In this document: positions 10,704 through 20,057 of the stretch, piece after piece
Numbering within the stretch: the stretch's first letter is position 1
Layout: each line of letters opens with the position of its first letter
Assembly: GCA_964608995.1 (NCBI GenBank)
Contig: CAZSQS010000001.1
Location: 25,143-89,142 of the forward strand
Direction: 5' to 3'
DNA from: an uncultured Smithella sp.
GTDB taxonomy: Bacteria > Desulfobacterota > Syntrophia > Syntrophales > Smithellaceae
Length of the DNA stretch: 64,000 nucleotides
Translations under genes and position numbers: made by a program
The notes under the pieces: generated by a model
Databases searched by the model: none
What the model was told of the DNA's origin: nothing
The model's input: only the letters and a program-made list of their open reading frames with translations

Positions 10704-10731
10704 GCCTTGCACCTTGCACCTTGAACCTTCT
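10704..10731. repeat. heptamer tandem array (GCCTTGC ACCTTGC ACCTTGA ACCTTCT)
   Basis: Read directly. Four 7-nt units lie between the two hsp20 genes, and the last nt overlaps the stop of the upstream hsp20. Confidence 0.6.
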
Positions 10732-11123
10732 TACGCCGCCTGGATTGGAATTTTTTTCGGTTTTACTTTTTCCGCTTTCGGCAATTCCAGGCGCAAAACG
10801 CCGTTTTTCACGGTGGCCGCGATTTTATCGCGGTCAATTTCATCCGAAAGCGTAAAAACTCTCTCATAATCGCCGATCTCATATTCGGAATACATGAGAT
10901 TCGCCCCTGCAATCCGTTCCTCCTCCACCCGGCCGGTCAGGGTCAGAATATTTTTTTCCAACGCGATATCGACCGTTTTTTCGTCCACCCCCGGCATGTC
11001 GGCAATCAGATACAGCGCGTTTTTGTTTTCGTAAATATCGACGCGCGGCACAAAGGTTTTGACGTTGCGCACGCGCTCCGCGGCCGACACATTTTCGGTT
11101 TTCTGTATATCTTTTTCAATCAT
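10731..11123 (-). CDS. Hsp20/alpha-crystallin small heat-shock protein (paralog 2)
   Basis: PRVDIYENKNALYLIADMPGV..VKNGVLRLELPK. AGGAGG lies upstream of the ATG. Confidence 0.9.
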   Translation of the reverse strand: MIEKDIQKTENVSAAERVRNVKTFVPRVDIYENKNALYLIADMPGVDEKTVDIALEKNILTLTGRVEEERIAGANLMYSEYEIGDYERVFTLSDEIDRDKIAATVKNGVLRLELPKAEKVKPKKIPIQAA

Positions 11124-11141
11124 GGCGCATGGCCTCCTTTC

Positions 11142-11579
11142 TTATTTAATCTGAATCTTTTTGGGCAGGTCTTCTTTGATCCGAGGCAGCGTAATGACGA
11201 GTACGCCTTTGTCATAGCGGGCTTCCACGGCCTGCTGATCGATCGGGAAAGGGAGTTGCACGTTTCTCTTGAAAGAACCGATGCCTCGTTCCTGTCGCAG
11301 ATAGACCTCTCCTTCCAAAAGCGCGTCTTGTTTCTTTTGTGCGGCAAGGGTTAAGATGTCTCCGGTGACGGATATATCCAACTTTTCCGGATCAAAACCC
11401 GGAAGTTCCGCGGTAACGATGGCACAGGGGCCTTTTTCCCAGATGTTGATGGCGGGGTATTCCTGAGGCGCCTTTTCTCCTACGCTGGAAAAAAGCCGGT
11501 TCATCTCCCGCTGCAGTTGTAACATTTCCGGCACGACACCGGAAAGCTTCCGAACTCTCCATAAACTTGGGCTGAACAT
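11142..11579 (-). CDS. Hsp20/alpha-crystallin small heat-shock protein (paralog 3)
   Basis: PAINIWEKGPCAIVTAELPGF..YDKGVLVITLPR. Start placed at Met 11579, preceded by AAAGGAGG. Confidence 0.85.
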   Translation of the reverse strand: MFSPSLWRVRKLSGVVPEMLQLQREMNRLFSSVGEKAPQEYPAINIWEKGPCAIVTAELPGFDPEKLDISVTGDILTLAAQKKQDALLEGEVYLRQERGIGSFKRNVQLPFPIDQQAVEARYDKGVLVITLPRIKEDLPKKIQIK

Positions 11580-11654
11580 AAACTTTCCTCCTTTATCACT
11601 TGGGTTTTTTGTGCAAGCACTTGCTCTCATTCATTATTTTTATCATTCATCGCA

Positions 11655-11682
11655 AATATATAAACAAAAAACCGCTTGTCAA
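11655..11682 (-). promoter_or_regulatory. sigma-70-like promoter for the hsp20 operon
   Basis: On the minus strand: TTGACA (11682-11677), 16 nt spacer, TATATT (11660-11655). About 75 nt upstream of the hsp20 start. Confidence 0.4.
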
Positions 11683-11690
11683 GGGCGGAT

Positions 11691-11721
11691 AAATCCCCTT
11701 GACGAGAAGGCAAGGGGATTT
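11691..11721. promoter_or_regulatory. perfect inverted repeat AAATCCCCTTG-N9-CAAGGGGATTT in the divergent heat-shock intergenic region
   Basis: Read directly. 11-bp arms with a 9-nt spacer, between the two divergent promoters. Confidence 0.3.
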
Positions 11722-11766
11722 CATCACTACATCTTGGAAAAAAGACGAGATTATCGCCTTCATCCC

Positions 11767-11795
11767 TTGACACGTCTTGGCCCCGTTCTTATATT
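11767..11795 (+). promoter_or_regulatory. sigma-70-like promoter for gmhA-grpE-dnaK
   Basis: TTGACA (11767-11772), 17 nt spacer, TATATT (11790-11795). 40 nt upstream of the 11835 start. Confidence 0.45.
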
Positions 11796-11834
11796 AGCCG
11801 CGTTTTTAAAGCGTTTTTTACAGAACTACGGGAA

Positions 11835-12425
11835 ATGACTATGAAAGATCATCTGGTTAAAATATTCCGGGAAAGCTGCCGGGTCAAAGAGGCGTTTATC
11901 AACGACAATCTTGGTAAGCTGGCGGAGGTCATCGAGATGCTGACAGGTGCGCTTAAAGCCGGAAACAAGATTTTGATTTTCGGCAATGGCGGGTCTGCGG
12001 CGGATGCCCAGCATCTGGCGGCGGAATTTGTAAATCGCTTTATTATTGAAAGGCCGCCCCTTCCGGCAATCGCGCTTTCCACCGATACCTCCGTTTTGAC
12101 GAGTATTGGAAACGATTACGACTTTTCGGAAATATTTGCCAAACAAATTCGGGCGTTCGGGCAGCCAGGCGACGTGGCCTGGGGCATCAGCACCAGCGGT
12201 AATTCGCCCAATGTGCTCAAAGCCCTGGAAACGGCCAAAAAAATGGGGCTGACCACGCTGGCCTTTACCGGCAAGGATGGCGGGGCAATTGCCCCCATGG
12301 CGGACTATACGCTCAACGTGGCCGCTTCGAGCACCGCGCGCATTCAGGAGGCGCATATCACGGCCGGTCACGCGATCTGTGAGCTGGTCGATATCAGGCT
12401 TTTTCAGAAGCCGGATCTCAAATAA
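11835..12425 (+). CDS. gmhA: SIS-domain phosphoheptose isomerase (GmhA/DiaA family)
   Basis: GNGGSAADAQHLAAEFVNRF and STSGNSPNV motifs; about 195 aa. Confidence 0.7.
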   Translation: MTMKDHLVKIFRESCRVKEAFINDNLGKLAEVIEMLTGALKAGNKILIFGNGGSAADAQHLAAEFVNRFIIERPPLPAIALSTDTSVLTSIGNDYDFSEIFAKQIRAFGQPGDVAWGISTSGNSPNVLKALETAKKMGLTTLAFTGKDGGAIAPMADYTLNVAASSTARIQEAHITAGHAICELVDIRLFQKPDLK

Positions 12426-12443
12426 GTATTCGCGGGAGAAGAT

Positions 12444-13055
12444 GTGAAAACGAAAAAAGATTCAGAGAAAAAAATAAAAGTTCAAACACCCGAAAACGCA
12501 ACGGATGAGCACGCTGAGGCGGGAGCGGACGAAGCCCGGGAAGACGCTCAGGGCCTCGAAGACGCGCTTGACGCTAAAACGCAGGAAGCCAGGGAGCATT
12601 ACGAGCGCTCTTTGCGCCTGGCGGCGGAACTGGACAATTACAAAAAAAGAGCCGCACGGGACCGGGCCGATACGATCAAGTATGGCAAAGAAGAGATCAT
12701 TCGCGACATCCTGCCTTTTTTAGACAGTCTGGACCGGGCGCTGGAGCATAAGGACAGCGCGGACGCGGAGGCGTTCAAGGAGGGCATGGCGCTCATGCAG
12801 GATCAGCTGTTGTGCTGTCTGAAGAAGCATGGTGTGGAAAGGATTGACAGCGAGGGAAAAGACTTCGACCCCAACTTCCACGAGGCGCTCATGCAGGTGG
12901 AAAGCGACCGTCATGATGAAAATCAGGTCGTGACGGAAGTGGAAAAAGGCTATTTGCTAAACGGCAGACTGATTCGCCCATCGCGGGTTTGCGTCTGTAA
13001 AAAGCCGGACATCAATAACCAGAAAAGTAATATCAATGAGGAGACAGGAGAATAG
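12444..13055 (+). CDS. grpE: nucleotide exchange factor GrpE
   Basis: Acidic N-terminus, coiled coil (LRLAAELDNYKKRAARD), C-terminal GYxLxGRLIRPSRV. Directly upstream of dnaK. Confidence 0.9.
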   Translation: MKTKKDSEKKIKVQTPENATDEHAEAGADEAREDAQGLEDALDAKTQEAREHYERSLRLAAELDNYKKRAARDRADTIKYGKEEIIRDILPFLDSLDRALEHKDSADAEAFKEGMALMQDQLLCCLKKHGVERIDSEGKDFDPNFHEALMQVESDRHDENQVVTEVEKGYLLNGRLIRPSRVCVCKKPDINNQKSNINEETGE

Positions 13056-13067
13056 GAGGAAATACAT

Positions 13068-14990
13068 ATGGGAAAGATTATTGGAATTGATTTGGGCACG
13101 ACCAATTCGTGCGTGGCCATTATGGAAGGCGGAGACCCCACGGTTATCGCCAATCAGGAGGGGAACCGCACCACGCCGTCGGTGGTTGCTATCACGGAAA
13201 GCGGCGAGCGTCTGGTGGGTCAGGTGGCCAAACGTCAGGCGATCACGAACTCGGAAAATACCGTTTACGCCGTTAAACGATTGATCGGCCGGAAATATAG
13301 TTCAAAAGAAGTGCAGTACGACGTGAAGATTTCGCCCTATAAGATTACCGAGGCGACCAATGGCGACGGACAGCTGACGGTCCGCGGCAAGAATTATTCG
13401 CCGGCGGAAATTTCGGCGATGATTCTGACAAAAATGAAACAGACCGCCGAAGACTACCTGGGCGAAAAGGTATCGGATGCGGTCATCACCGTTCCGGCCT
13501 ACTTTAACGATTCCCAGCGACAGGCCACCAAAGACGCGGGTCGCATTGCGGGCTTAAACGTGCTGCGCATCATCAACGAGCCGACCGCAGCCGCGCTGGC
13601 CTACGGCCTGGATAAAAAGAAAGATGAAAAAATTGCCGTGTTCGATCTGGGCGGCGGAACGTTTGATATCTCCATTCTGGAACTGGGAGAAGGCGTCTTT
13701 GAAGTCAAATCGACCAACGGCGACACGCACTTGGGCGGCGAGGACTTCGATCAGCGCGTGATGGATTATCTGGTCAATGAATTCAAGAAAGACCAGGGGA
13801 TCGATTTAAGGAGCGATAAAATGGCGCTCCAGCGCCTCAAGGAAGCGGCGGAAAAGGCCAAGATGGAACTGTCCACCACGATGGAGACGGACATCAACCT
13901 GCCGTTCATCACGGCGGATGCCTCAGGTCCAAAGCACATGAACATCAAGCTCAGCCGCGCCAAGCTCGAATCGCTGGTTGAGGAACTCATTGAAAAAGTC
14001 GCGGGCCCCTGCCTGACGGCGATCAAAGACGCGGGCCTTTCGGCTAAAGAAATTGATGAAGTCATTCTGGTGGGTGGCATGACCCGCATGCCGCGCGTTC
14101 AGCAGAAAGTGAAGGAGCTCTTCGGCAAGGAGCCGCACCGGGGCGTCAATCCCGATGAAGTCGTGGCGGTGGGCGCGGCCATTCAGGGCGGCGTGCTGGC
14201 CGGCGACGTTAAAGATGTCCTCCTGCTCGATGTGACGCCTCTGTCGCTGGGTATCGAAACACTGGGCGGCGTGATGACGCGGCTCATCGAAAAGAATACG
14301 ACGATTCCGACCAAGAAGAGCCAGATCTTCTCGACGGCAGCCGACAATCAGCCGGCCGTGAGCATCCATGTGCTCCAGGGCGAGCGCCAGATGGCGGCGG
14401 ATAACCGCACGCTGGGCCGTTTTGAACTGGTGGGCATTCCGCCTGCGCCCCGTGGCGTACCGCAAATTGAAGTGGGCTTCGACATCGATGCCAACGGTAT
14501 CGTGCACGTCAATGCCAAGGATCTGGGTACAGGCAAAGAGCAGAGCATCAAGATCACGGCGTCAAGCGGCTTGAGCGAATCGGAAATTGAAAAGCTTGTC
14601 AAAGACGCGGAAATGCACGCCGAAGATGACAAACGCCGCAAGGAGCTCATTGAAGCCCGAAACTCGGCAGACTCGCTGGTGTATTCCGTTGAAAAGAACG
14701 TGAAGGAATTCGGCGACAAGGTGGATGCGGCGGAGAAGGCAAAAATCGAAGAAGCGATTGCGAAAGTCAAAAAAGCGCTTGAGGGCGATGATCTCGACGC
14801 CATCAAGAAGGCACAGGAAGAGCTGATGAATGTCTCGCACAAACTGGCCGAGGCCATGTATGCCAAGACCGCAGGCGGACCGGGCGGACCGGGCGCCGCA
14901 GGCGGTGCTCAGCCGGGATCAGACGAGCAGGCCGCAGGCAAAAAAGACGACGATGTTGTCGATGCGGATTTTGAAGAAGTGAAAAAGTAA
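13068..14990 (+). CDS. dnaK: molecular chaperone DnaK (Hsp70)
   Basis: [32 protein letters not shown] and the C-terminal [18 protein letters not shown]. Confidence 0.98.
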   Translation: MGKIIGIDLGTTNSCVAIMEGGDPTVIANQEGNRTTPSVVAITESGERLVGQVAKRQAITNSENTVYAVKRLIGRKYSSKEVQYDVKISPYKITEATNGDGQLTVRGKNYSPAEISAMILTKMKQTAEDYLGEKVSDAVITVPAYFNDSQRQATKDAGRIAGLNVLRIINEPTAAALAYGLDKKKDEKIAVFDLGGGTFDISILELGEGVFEVKSTNGDTHLGGEDFDQRVMDYLVNEFKKDQGIDLRSDKMALQRLKEAAEKAKMELSTTMETDINLPFITADASGPKHMNIKLSRAKLESLVEELIEKVAGPCLTAIKDAGLSAKEIDEVILVGGMTRMPRVQQKVKELFGKEPHRGVNPDEVVAVGAAIQGGVLAGDVKDVLLLDVTPLSLGIETLGGVMTRLIEKNTTIPTKKSQIFSTAADNQPAVSIHVLQGERQMAADNRTLGRFELVGIPPAPRGVPQIEVGFDIDANGIVHVNAKDLGTGKEQSIKITASSGLSESEIEKLVKDAEMHAEDDKRRKELIEARNSADSLVYSVEKNVKEFGDKVDAAEKAKIEEAIAKVKKALEGDDLDAIKKAQEELMNVSHKLAEAMYAKTAGGPGGPGAAGGAQPGSDEQAAGKKDDDVVDADFEEVKK

Positions 14991-15006
14991 GGCTGTCTGT
15001 TTTTCA

Positions 15007-15041
15007 AGCCCGAAACCATCCAAACGGTTTCGGGCTTTTTT
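15007..15041 (+). terminator. intrinsic terminator after dnaK
   Basis: Stem AGCCCGAAACC / GGTTTCGGGCT with an 8-nt loop, followed by a T6 run. Confidence 0.8.
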
Positions 15042-15096
15042 ATGTATCGACCCGTTGGGCAAAATATTATACAATCCCCGTCCATTGGGGGGGGGC

Positions 15097-15696
15097 ATGA
15101 GGCATATTCGCTTATCGCACAAAAGTTATATCGTTTTTGCAGTCATGGGGTTGGTGCTGGCGGCGTGCAATGCACCCGCTCCGGCCAGCGACGTCAAGGC
15201 TCTAAATAGCGCCGCGCCTGGTTGTCCGGCGGTGACGCTGCTGACGGATAAAGATTTCTTTCCGGCGCTCCTTGACGCCATTGACGGGGCCGAGCGGGAA
15301 ATATACATTTCCATTTTTTCCTTCAAGGCGGGGGTCCATCCCCGAAGTTACCCGGATCGGATCTTAGCCCATCTGAAAAAGGCGGTAAGCCGCGGCGTGG
15401 AGGTCTTCGTCATTCTTGAGGTGGCTGATGATCCGAAAAATTCACTCACGGCGCAGAATCTGAAAACCAAAGCGCTGTTGGAGGAAGGCGGCATTTGCGT
15501 CTATCTGGATTCGCCGAAGAAAACCACCCACACCAAAGCCATGGTCGTGGATCAAAAAAAAGTTTTTTTGGGCAGCCATAATTTTACCTCTTCGGCGCTC
15601 AAGCATAATCATGAACTATCCGTTTTAATTGAACAGCCACAGCTTGCGCAAAATATCCGCGATTATATGCTGAAAATCATTAAGGAGGCCAAATGA
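15097..15696 (+). CDS. phospholipase D-family (HKD) lipoprotein
   Basis: HKD motif HTKAMVVDQKKVFLGSHNFT. Lipobox LAAC after the Met at 15097 (the ORF track starts at 15055). Confidence 0.75.
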   Translation: MRHIRLSHKSYIVFAVMGLVLAACNAPAPASDVKALNSAAPGCPAVTLLTDKDFFPALLDAIDGAEREIYISIFSFKAGVHPRSYPDRILAHLKKAVSRGVEVFVILEVADDPKNSLTAQNLKTKALLEEGGICVYLDSPKKTTHTKAMVVDQKKVFLGSHNFTSSALKHNHELSVLIEQPQLAQNIRDYMLKIIKEAK

Positions 15697-17054
15697 GATC
15701 CTGCCGTTTTTGCCGCGCTATCTTTTTTCTGTTTTTGATGGTGTCATTATGCAGTTGCGCCACGATGCACTCCCGCACACAAGTCATCACGCCTGCCCCT
15801 TCCGAATCCCGGGACCAGGCGGTTGCAAAACCGGAAATTTCGACGCCTCAGCCGGGGGAGAAAGGCGAGGCCGCCCCCCAGAAAGACCAGGCGGCCGAAG
15901 GCGACAAGGCCGACGATGACGAAGAAGAAAAGGCCGTTTTACCCACCGGCCCCTTGCCGGACCGATGGGCGGTCGGTTGTATTCTTCCCCTGACCGGCCG
16001 TTTTGCCGAGGAAGGTAACAAGGCGCTCGATGCGCTGTTGCTCTCAGCGGAGACGTTTAACGTGCGCTATTCCACGCCCTGGAGAATCGTTGTGGCCGAT
16101 TCCGGCGAATCTCCCGAGGGGATGCAAAAAGCCATGGCCTATCTGGCCGATTCGGCCAATGTCATGGGCATTCTTGCCGTGGCCGGGTCAGCCGACGCCG
16201 AAGGCGCAGCGCGGGAAGCCGAAAAGCGCAAGATTCCCCTGATTCTGATTTCATCGAAAGAGGGCCTGACTGAGGGGCGAAGCTATGTGTTTCAGCATTT
16301 TCTGACGCCGACGCAGCAGATGCAGGCGCTGTCCAGATATGCACTGGACCAATTGAACATTGCCATCTTTTCCATTTTATATCCGCGGGATGACTATGGC
16401 GAAGAAATGCTTCGCGCCTTTACCCGGGAAATCGAAAGAGTGGGCGGAAAAATCAACAAAGCCGTTCCTTATGAAAAAACACAGACGGATTTTTCAGAAC
16501 AGATCAGTCAGTTAATCGGCCGGAAACTCGATACGTCGAAGAAGAGCTACGCGACAACCGAAGAAGCCAAGGCAAAGATTTCTGTGGATTTTGAAGGCCT
16601 GTTCATTCCGGACTCGCCCCTTCGGGTCAAGATGATCGCCTCTCAGCTGGCGTTTTATGATGTCAAAGGGTTTCAGTTTTTGGGGACCAGCCTGTGGCAG
16701 GCGCCGGAACTCACCCAAAAAGGCGTGGAATATATTGAGGGCGCCGTGTTTACCGACAGTTTTCTCCGAAACGGATTTCTCCCGGAGACCAACGATTTTG
16801 TCGATATCTATTACACCGCTCACCGTCGGGAACCGGAAAAAATCGAGGCGCTTGCTTACGACACGATGGAGATTGTGCTGGGGATTCTCGAAGATGAAAA
16901 CGTGAAAAGCCGGGAAGATTTTATCGGGACGCTTCGGGCCGTTGAGCTCTTCCAGGGCGCGACCGGCAGCGTCTATTTTCGCGGAAGCTCAGTGGCCCAG
17001 AAAAACGCCTTTTTAATTAAAATTCTAAACGGCAAGCTTGAACAGGTGAGATGA
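15693..17054 (+). CDS. type-1 periplasmic-binding-protein-fold lipoprotein (Leu/Ile/Val-binding / LpoA-like)
   Basis: Signal peptide with Cys lipobox, acidic low-complexity linker, then a PBP1-like domain (GPLPDRWAVGCILPLTGRFAEEG..). Confidence 0.6.
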   Translation: MRSCRFCRAIFFLFLMVSLCSCATMHSRTQVITPAPSESRDQAVAKPEISTPQPGEKGEAAPQKDQAAEGDKADDDEEEKAVLPTGPLPDRWAVGCILPLTGRFAEEGNKALDALLLSAETFNVRYSTPWRIVVADSGESPEGMQKAMAYLADSANVMGILAVAGSADAEGAAREAEKRKIPLILISSKEGLTEGRSYVFQHFLTPTQQMQALSRYALDQLNIAIFSILYPRDDYGEEMLRAFTREIERVGGKINKAVPYEKTQTDFSEQISQLIGRKLDTSKKSYATTEEAKAKISVDFEGLFIPDSPLRVKMIASQLAFYDVKGFQFLGTSLWQAPELTQKGVEYIEGAVFTDSFLRNGFLPETNDFVDIYYTAHRREPEKIEALAYDTMEIVLGILEDENVKSREDFIGTLRAVELFQGATGSVYFRGSSVAQKNAFLIKILNGKLEQVR

Positions 17055-17058
17055 GGAC

Positions 17059-17086
17059 GAGGGTAAGAGGTAAGAGGTAAGAGGGA
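17059..17086. repeat. heptamer tandem array (GGTAAGA x3 plus degenerate flanks)
   Basis: Read directly: gaGGGTAAGAGGTAAGAGGTAAGAGGGA, starting 5 nt after the stop codon at 17052-17054. Confidence 0.6.
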
Positions 17087-17319
17087 CGTAAAAGATAAAA
17101 ATAAGTGTTTATCCACGGTGTCAAAATAACATTCTCGCTTGAATATAATTAAATTTTCTGTTGTCTTCCCGGTCTGGCATATGCTGGATAAACATCCGTG
17201 CCGAAGTCTGTTGAAGGCCCAAGGAACCCGTTCAAACAATATTTAAATTACAGACTTTATTGGCATGACAAACGTAAATTCAATGATAAGAACTTGATCT
17301 GGCAACCGGCAACCGCGCC

Positions 17320-18093
17320 ATGAACGCGTACAAGAAAGGTGATCAATTGACATTGGGAAAATCAACTGTATTTGCAAACAAGCAGGGCGTATCCAGCGCC
17401 AATAGCGGCGCTACTGCCTCAAACACCTTGCCGGATGTATGTCTCACGCAGATAGGCAACGCCGTTGTGCCGATTCCGTATTCCAACACCGCCCAATCTT
17501 CCGATCTTAAAGACGGCAGCAAAACCGTTCATGTTGACAAAGCGTCCGCTGCGATTGACGGCTGCTCCTACAGCAAGAGCACCGGTGACGAGGCGGGTAA
17601 CAAAAAGGGGATTATTTCCGGCACAAAAGGCGACAAGGCGGAATTCGGCAACTACTCCTTTGATGTAAAAATCGAAGGCAAAGGCGTATGCCGCAACACC
17701 GACCTTACGATGCACAACAACAGAAATACGATTGGCATGAATTCGGATTCCTCTGCCGATCCCCCGCCCCCCAAAAACCCTCCGCCCCCTAAAACAACAT
17801 TCCGCTTCAAGGTGTTGGAGCACATCTCATGGGAAAATTACGATCCAGACGCAAAATGCTTCAAGCCGGGCGACGCAAACAACAATCCCATCCAAAACAG
17901 AAAATTCAAAATTCGGTTCTCCGACGGCAGCATTCGCGAAGAAACCACGGATGATGAAGGGATTATTGAACTGAAAGATCAGGATGTGCACTCCAAATTT
18001 GAAGTCATTTTTGAACCGGAAGACGCACGTCTCAATAACAAATACTATCTATTCCATCATGCAATCACCCCGCTGGCAAAGATTCTGGAATAG
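17320..18093 (+). CDS. PAAR-like (DUF4150) spike-tip protein with Pro-rich linker and C-terminal TTR/carboxypeptidase-regulatory-like beta domain
   Basis: LPDVC..VPIPYSN..SKSTGDEAGNKKGIISG..FDVKIEGKGVCRNTDLTMHN matches my recollection of Pfam DUF4150. Linker DPPPPKNPPPPK. C-terminal pattern KFKIRFSDGSIREETTDDEGIIELKD..FEVIF. Confidence 0.8.
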   Translation: MNAYKKGDQLTLGKSTVFANKQGVSSANSGATASNTLPDVCLTQIGNAVVPIPYSNTAQSSDLKDGSKTVHVDKASAAIDGCSYSKSTGDEAGNKKGIISGTKGDKAEFGNYSFDVKIEGKGVCRNTDLTMHNNRNTIGMNSDSSADPPPPKNPPPPKTTFRFKVLEHISWENYDPDAKCFKPGDANNNPIQNRKFKIRFSDGSIREETTDDEGIIELKDQDVHSKFEVIFEPEDARLNNKYYLFHHAITPLAKILE

Positions 18094-18128
18094 GCAGCAG
18101 GTCAGCTACGAAAGATTGAGGACATCAT

Positions 18129-20057
18129 ATGGCAAAGAATAAAAACGAACAAAACGACCCCAAAGGCTGCATTCTGAAGTCTCACCTGCCGGTCATGTTG
18201 CCGGGTGTGGATTATCAGATCAGCATCTATCAACCGTCGGTTGTGATGGATAGTCACATGCACGTGATGAGCGGCGGTTGTTCTCCCCTGCCGTTTTTAT
18301 GGAAACAGCTCGCCGATAAAACCGTCTGCGTTATTGAAACCGCCCATTTGTCTCGAGAGACCATAGAAGGCGCGGGACTGATGATTGGGGTGACGGCGGA
18401 TATGGTCACGCTGCAACCGCTTACAGGCGATCAGGTGGACGTTCCCGGTTCTGCAGGCGAAGAAACACAATACCGGCGGCATTCATTCCGGCAATCCATT
18501 CCAGAGAGCAGAAAGTCAACGAAAGAAATCGGTGATGATTTTATAAAGACCCGGTTCAAGGACGCTTGCCATTATCTCCGAAGCGAACCATTCCACCAAA
18601 CGCTGCAAGCAGATGATGAAACCGGACGGATGCCTTTTTTGCTTTGTGTGATCATGCCGATGGACATGGAGTTTGCCCATCTGGACGGCTACTATGGTCT
18701 TAAAATCTATAATGCGGTTTTAAAATATGACAAGGTGCGGCAGGAAAGCAGGGTCGCCCATTACTGGATGCCCCTGCATGGTCGCTTCTTCAAGAAAAAA
18801 CGTGACGAAAAAATATATGATCAAAGCCATGATCCAAATCCGCTGCAGAACGTGAAAATTGACGCGCAACTCACGGACGAATTTGATAAAAACTTAAAAA
18901 ACATTAAAAAATATGGCTTGCCGGGCATTTATTGTGAAGAGAAGGATGAGATACTAAACAGGGTCAGAATTAACGTCAAAGCAACCCCCTGCATTTTGCC
19001 CGATTCCGAAACCCGGCGATACGAATCATGGGAAAAACAATTGCAAAATACGGAACTGGCAATGCTGGCCAACCCCCTGAAGCTTTTTCCTCTGTTTCAC
19101 TACGACCCGAGGCGCTGGCAGGTGGCTGACACTTACAACGATAATCCTTTTACTCAGGTCAGCGGCAGCGGTCTTTATTTGGGGTTCAAGCTTTACACTG
19201 CGCAGGGATACCGTCCCTGGGATATGCGTTTGCCGGTTTTGAGAGATTTCTACCGCCGCTGCCGTACGGGCAATATCCCTATTCTGAATCACTGTACGCC
19301 AGGGGGTGCCTACAGTTTTGACCGGGAACTGTATTATGAATTTTTGCACCAGAATGATGCAGATGATTCCTATGCAAATCAGGAAAAAGCAGACTGCGGC
19401 GGCGACACCTTGAAATACTTTAACGATAACTTTGTCGCACCTGACGCCTGGCGAAAAGTGCTGGACGCTAAAGTCGGAGGAACCAGGCTGTCCGGACTGC
19501 GCCTGTGCCTGGCGCATTTCGGTGGTGGGACGGACGACGGACTTGCATGGTGCAAACAGATTATTCAATTAATGAAAGACTATGACAACGTCTATGCGGA
19601 CATTTCCTCGTCGATGGCTGACGAATCAAAGCATCCCAAAACGAAAGAAAAAAACCGGGACAGATTTAAAAAACATTTTCGGGACGTCGTTTTTCATGAC
19701 CCGGAATTTAAACAGACGCTTCGTCACCGGATATTATTCGGGTCGGACTGGTATATGACGCTTCTGGACCGTGTGGAATATCTGGAGTATTTTAGAGAGA
19801 CCAAGAAATTTCTGGACGATCTCGACACCAGTCTTTGGTTGCGCTTCACACAGGCCAATCCCTACCGATTCTACCGGCTGGATGAGGCAAACCAGATTGA
19901 CCGGATAAAGGAAAATATTATTGACAGAAGGCAGAATAATGAGAAGGTCCAACAAACATTGAAAAGACTAGACAAAGAACAAATCTCCGAAATCGAACGA
20001 GAAGCTGCCTTCATTAGAATAGCCAATAAGCCTTATGTAAAATATGAGGAATCATAA
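18129..20057 (+). CDS. amidohydrolase-superfamily (Amidohydrolase_2-like TIM-barrel metal hydrolase) protein with ~270 aa insertion; candidate cargo effector
   Basis: Metal-ligand pattern in the canonical order: MDSHMHV (HxH) ... GFKLY ... PILNHC ... LCLAHFGG ... LFGSDWY. The coding region is low in G+C. Confidence 0.6.
   Translation: MAKNKNEQNDPKGCILKSHLPVMLPGVDYQISIYQPSVVMDSHMHVMSGGCSPLPFLWKQLADKTVCVIETAHLSRETIEGAGLMIGVTADMVTLQPLTGDQVDVPGSAGEETQYRRHSFRQSIPESRKSTKEIGDDFIKTRFKDACHYLRSEPFHQTLQADDETGRMPFLLCVIMPMDMEFAHLDGYYGLKIYNAVLKYDKVRQESRVAHYWMPLHGRFFKKKRDEKIYDQSHDPNPLQNVKIDAQLTDEFDKNLKNIKKYGLPGIYCEEKDEILNRVRINVKATPCILPDSETRRYESWEKQLQNTELAMLANPLKLFPLFHYDPRRWQVADTYNDNPFTQVSGSGLYLGFKLYTAQGYRPWDMRLPVLRDFYRRCRTGNIPILNHCTPGGAYSFDRELYYEFLHQNDADDSYANQEKADCGGDTLKYFNDNFVAPDAWRKVLDAKVGGTRLSGLRLCLAHFGGGTDDGLAWCKQIIQLMKDYDNVYADISSSMADESKHPKTKEKNRDRFKKHFRDVVFHDPEFKQTLRHRILFGSDWYMTLLDRVEYLEYFRETKKFLDDLDTSLWLRFTQANPYRFYRLDEANQIDRIKENIIDRRQNNEKVQQTLKRLDKEQISEIEREAAFIRIANKPYVKYEES

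Noticed and set aside
11580-11834. Search for a CIRCE/HrcA operator upstream of grpE-dnaK and hsp20
   Set aside because: No match to TTAGCACTC-N9-GAGTGCTAA was seen on either strand. Only the unrelated 11-N9-11 repeat is reported.
17175-17189. TGGCATATGCTGGAT as a possible sigma-54 promoter for the PAAR-like gene
   Set aside because: The -12 GC is not at the canonical distance from the -24 GG (GC falls at positions 9-10 instead of 14-15).
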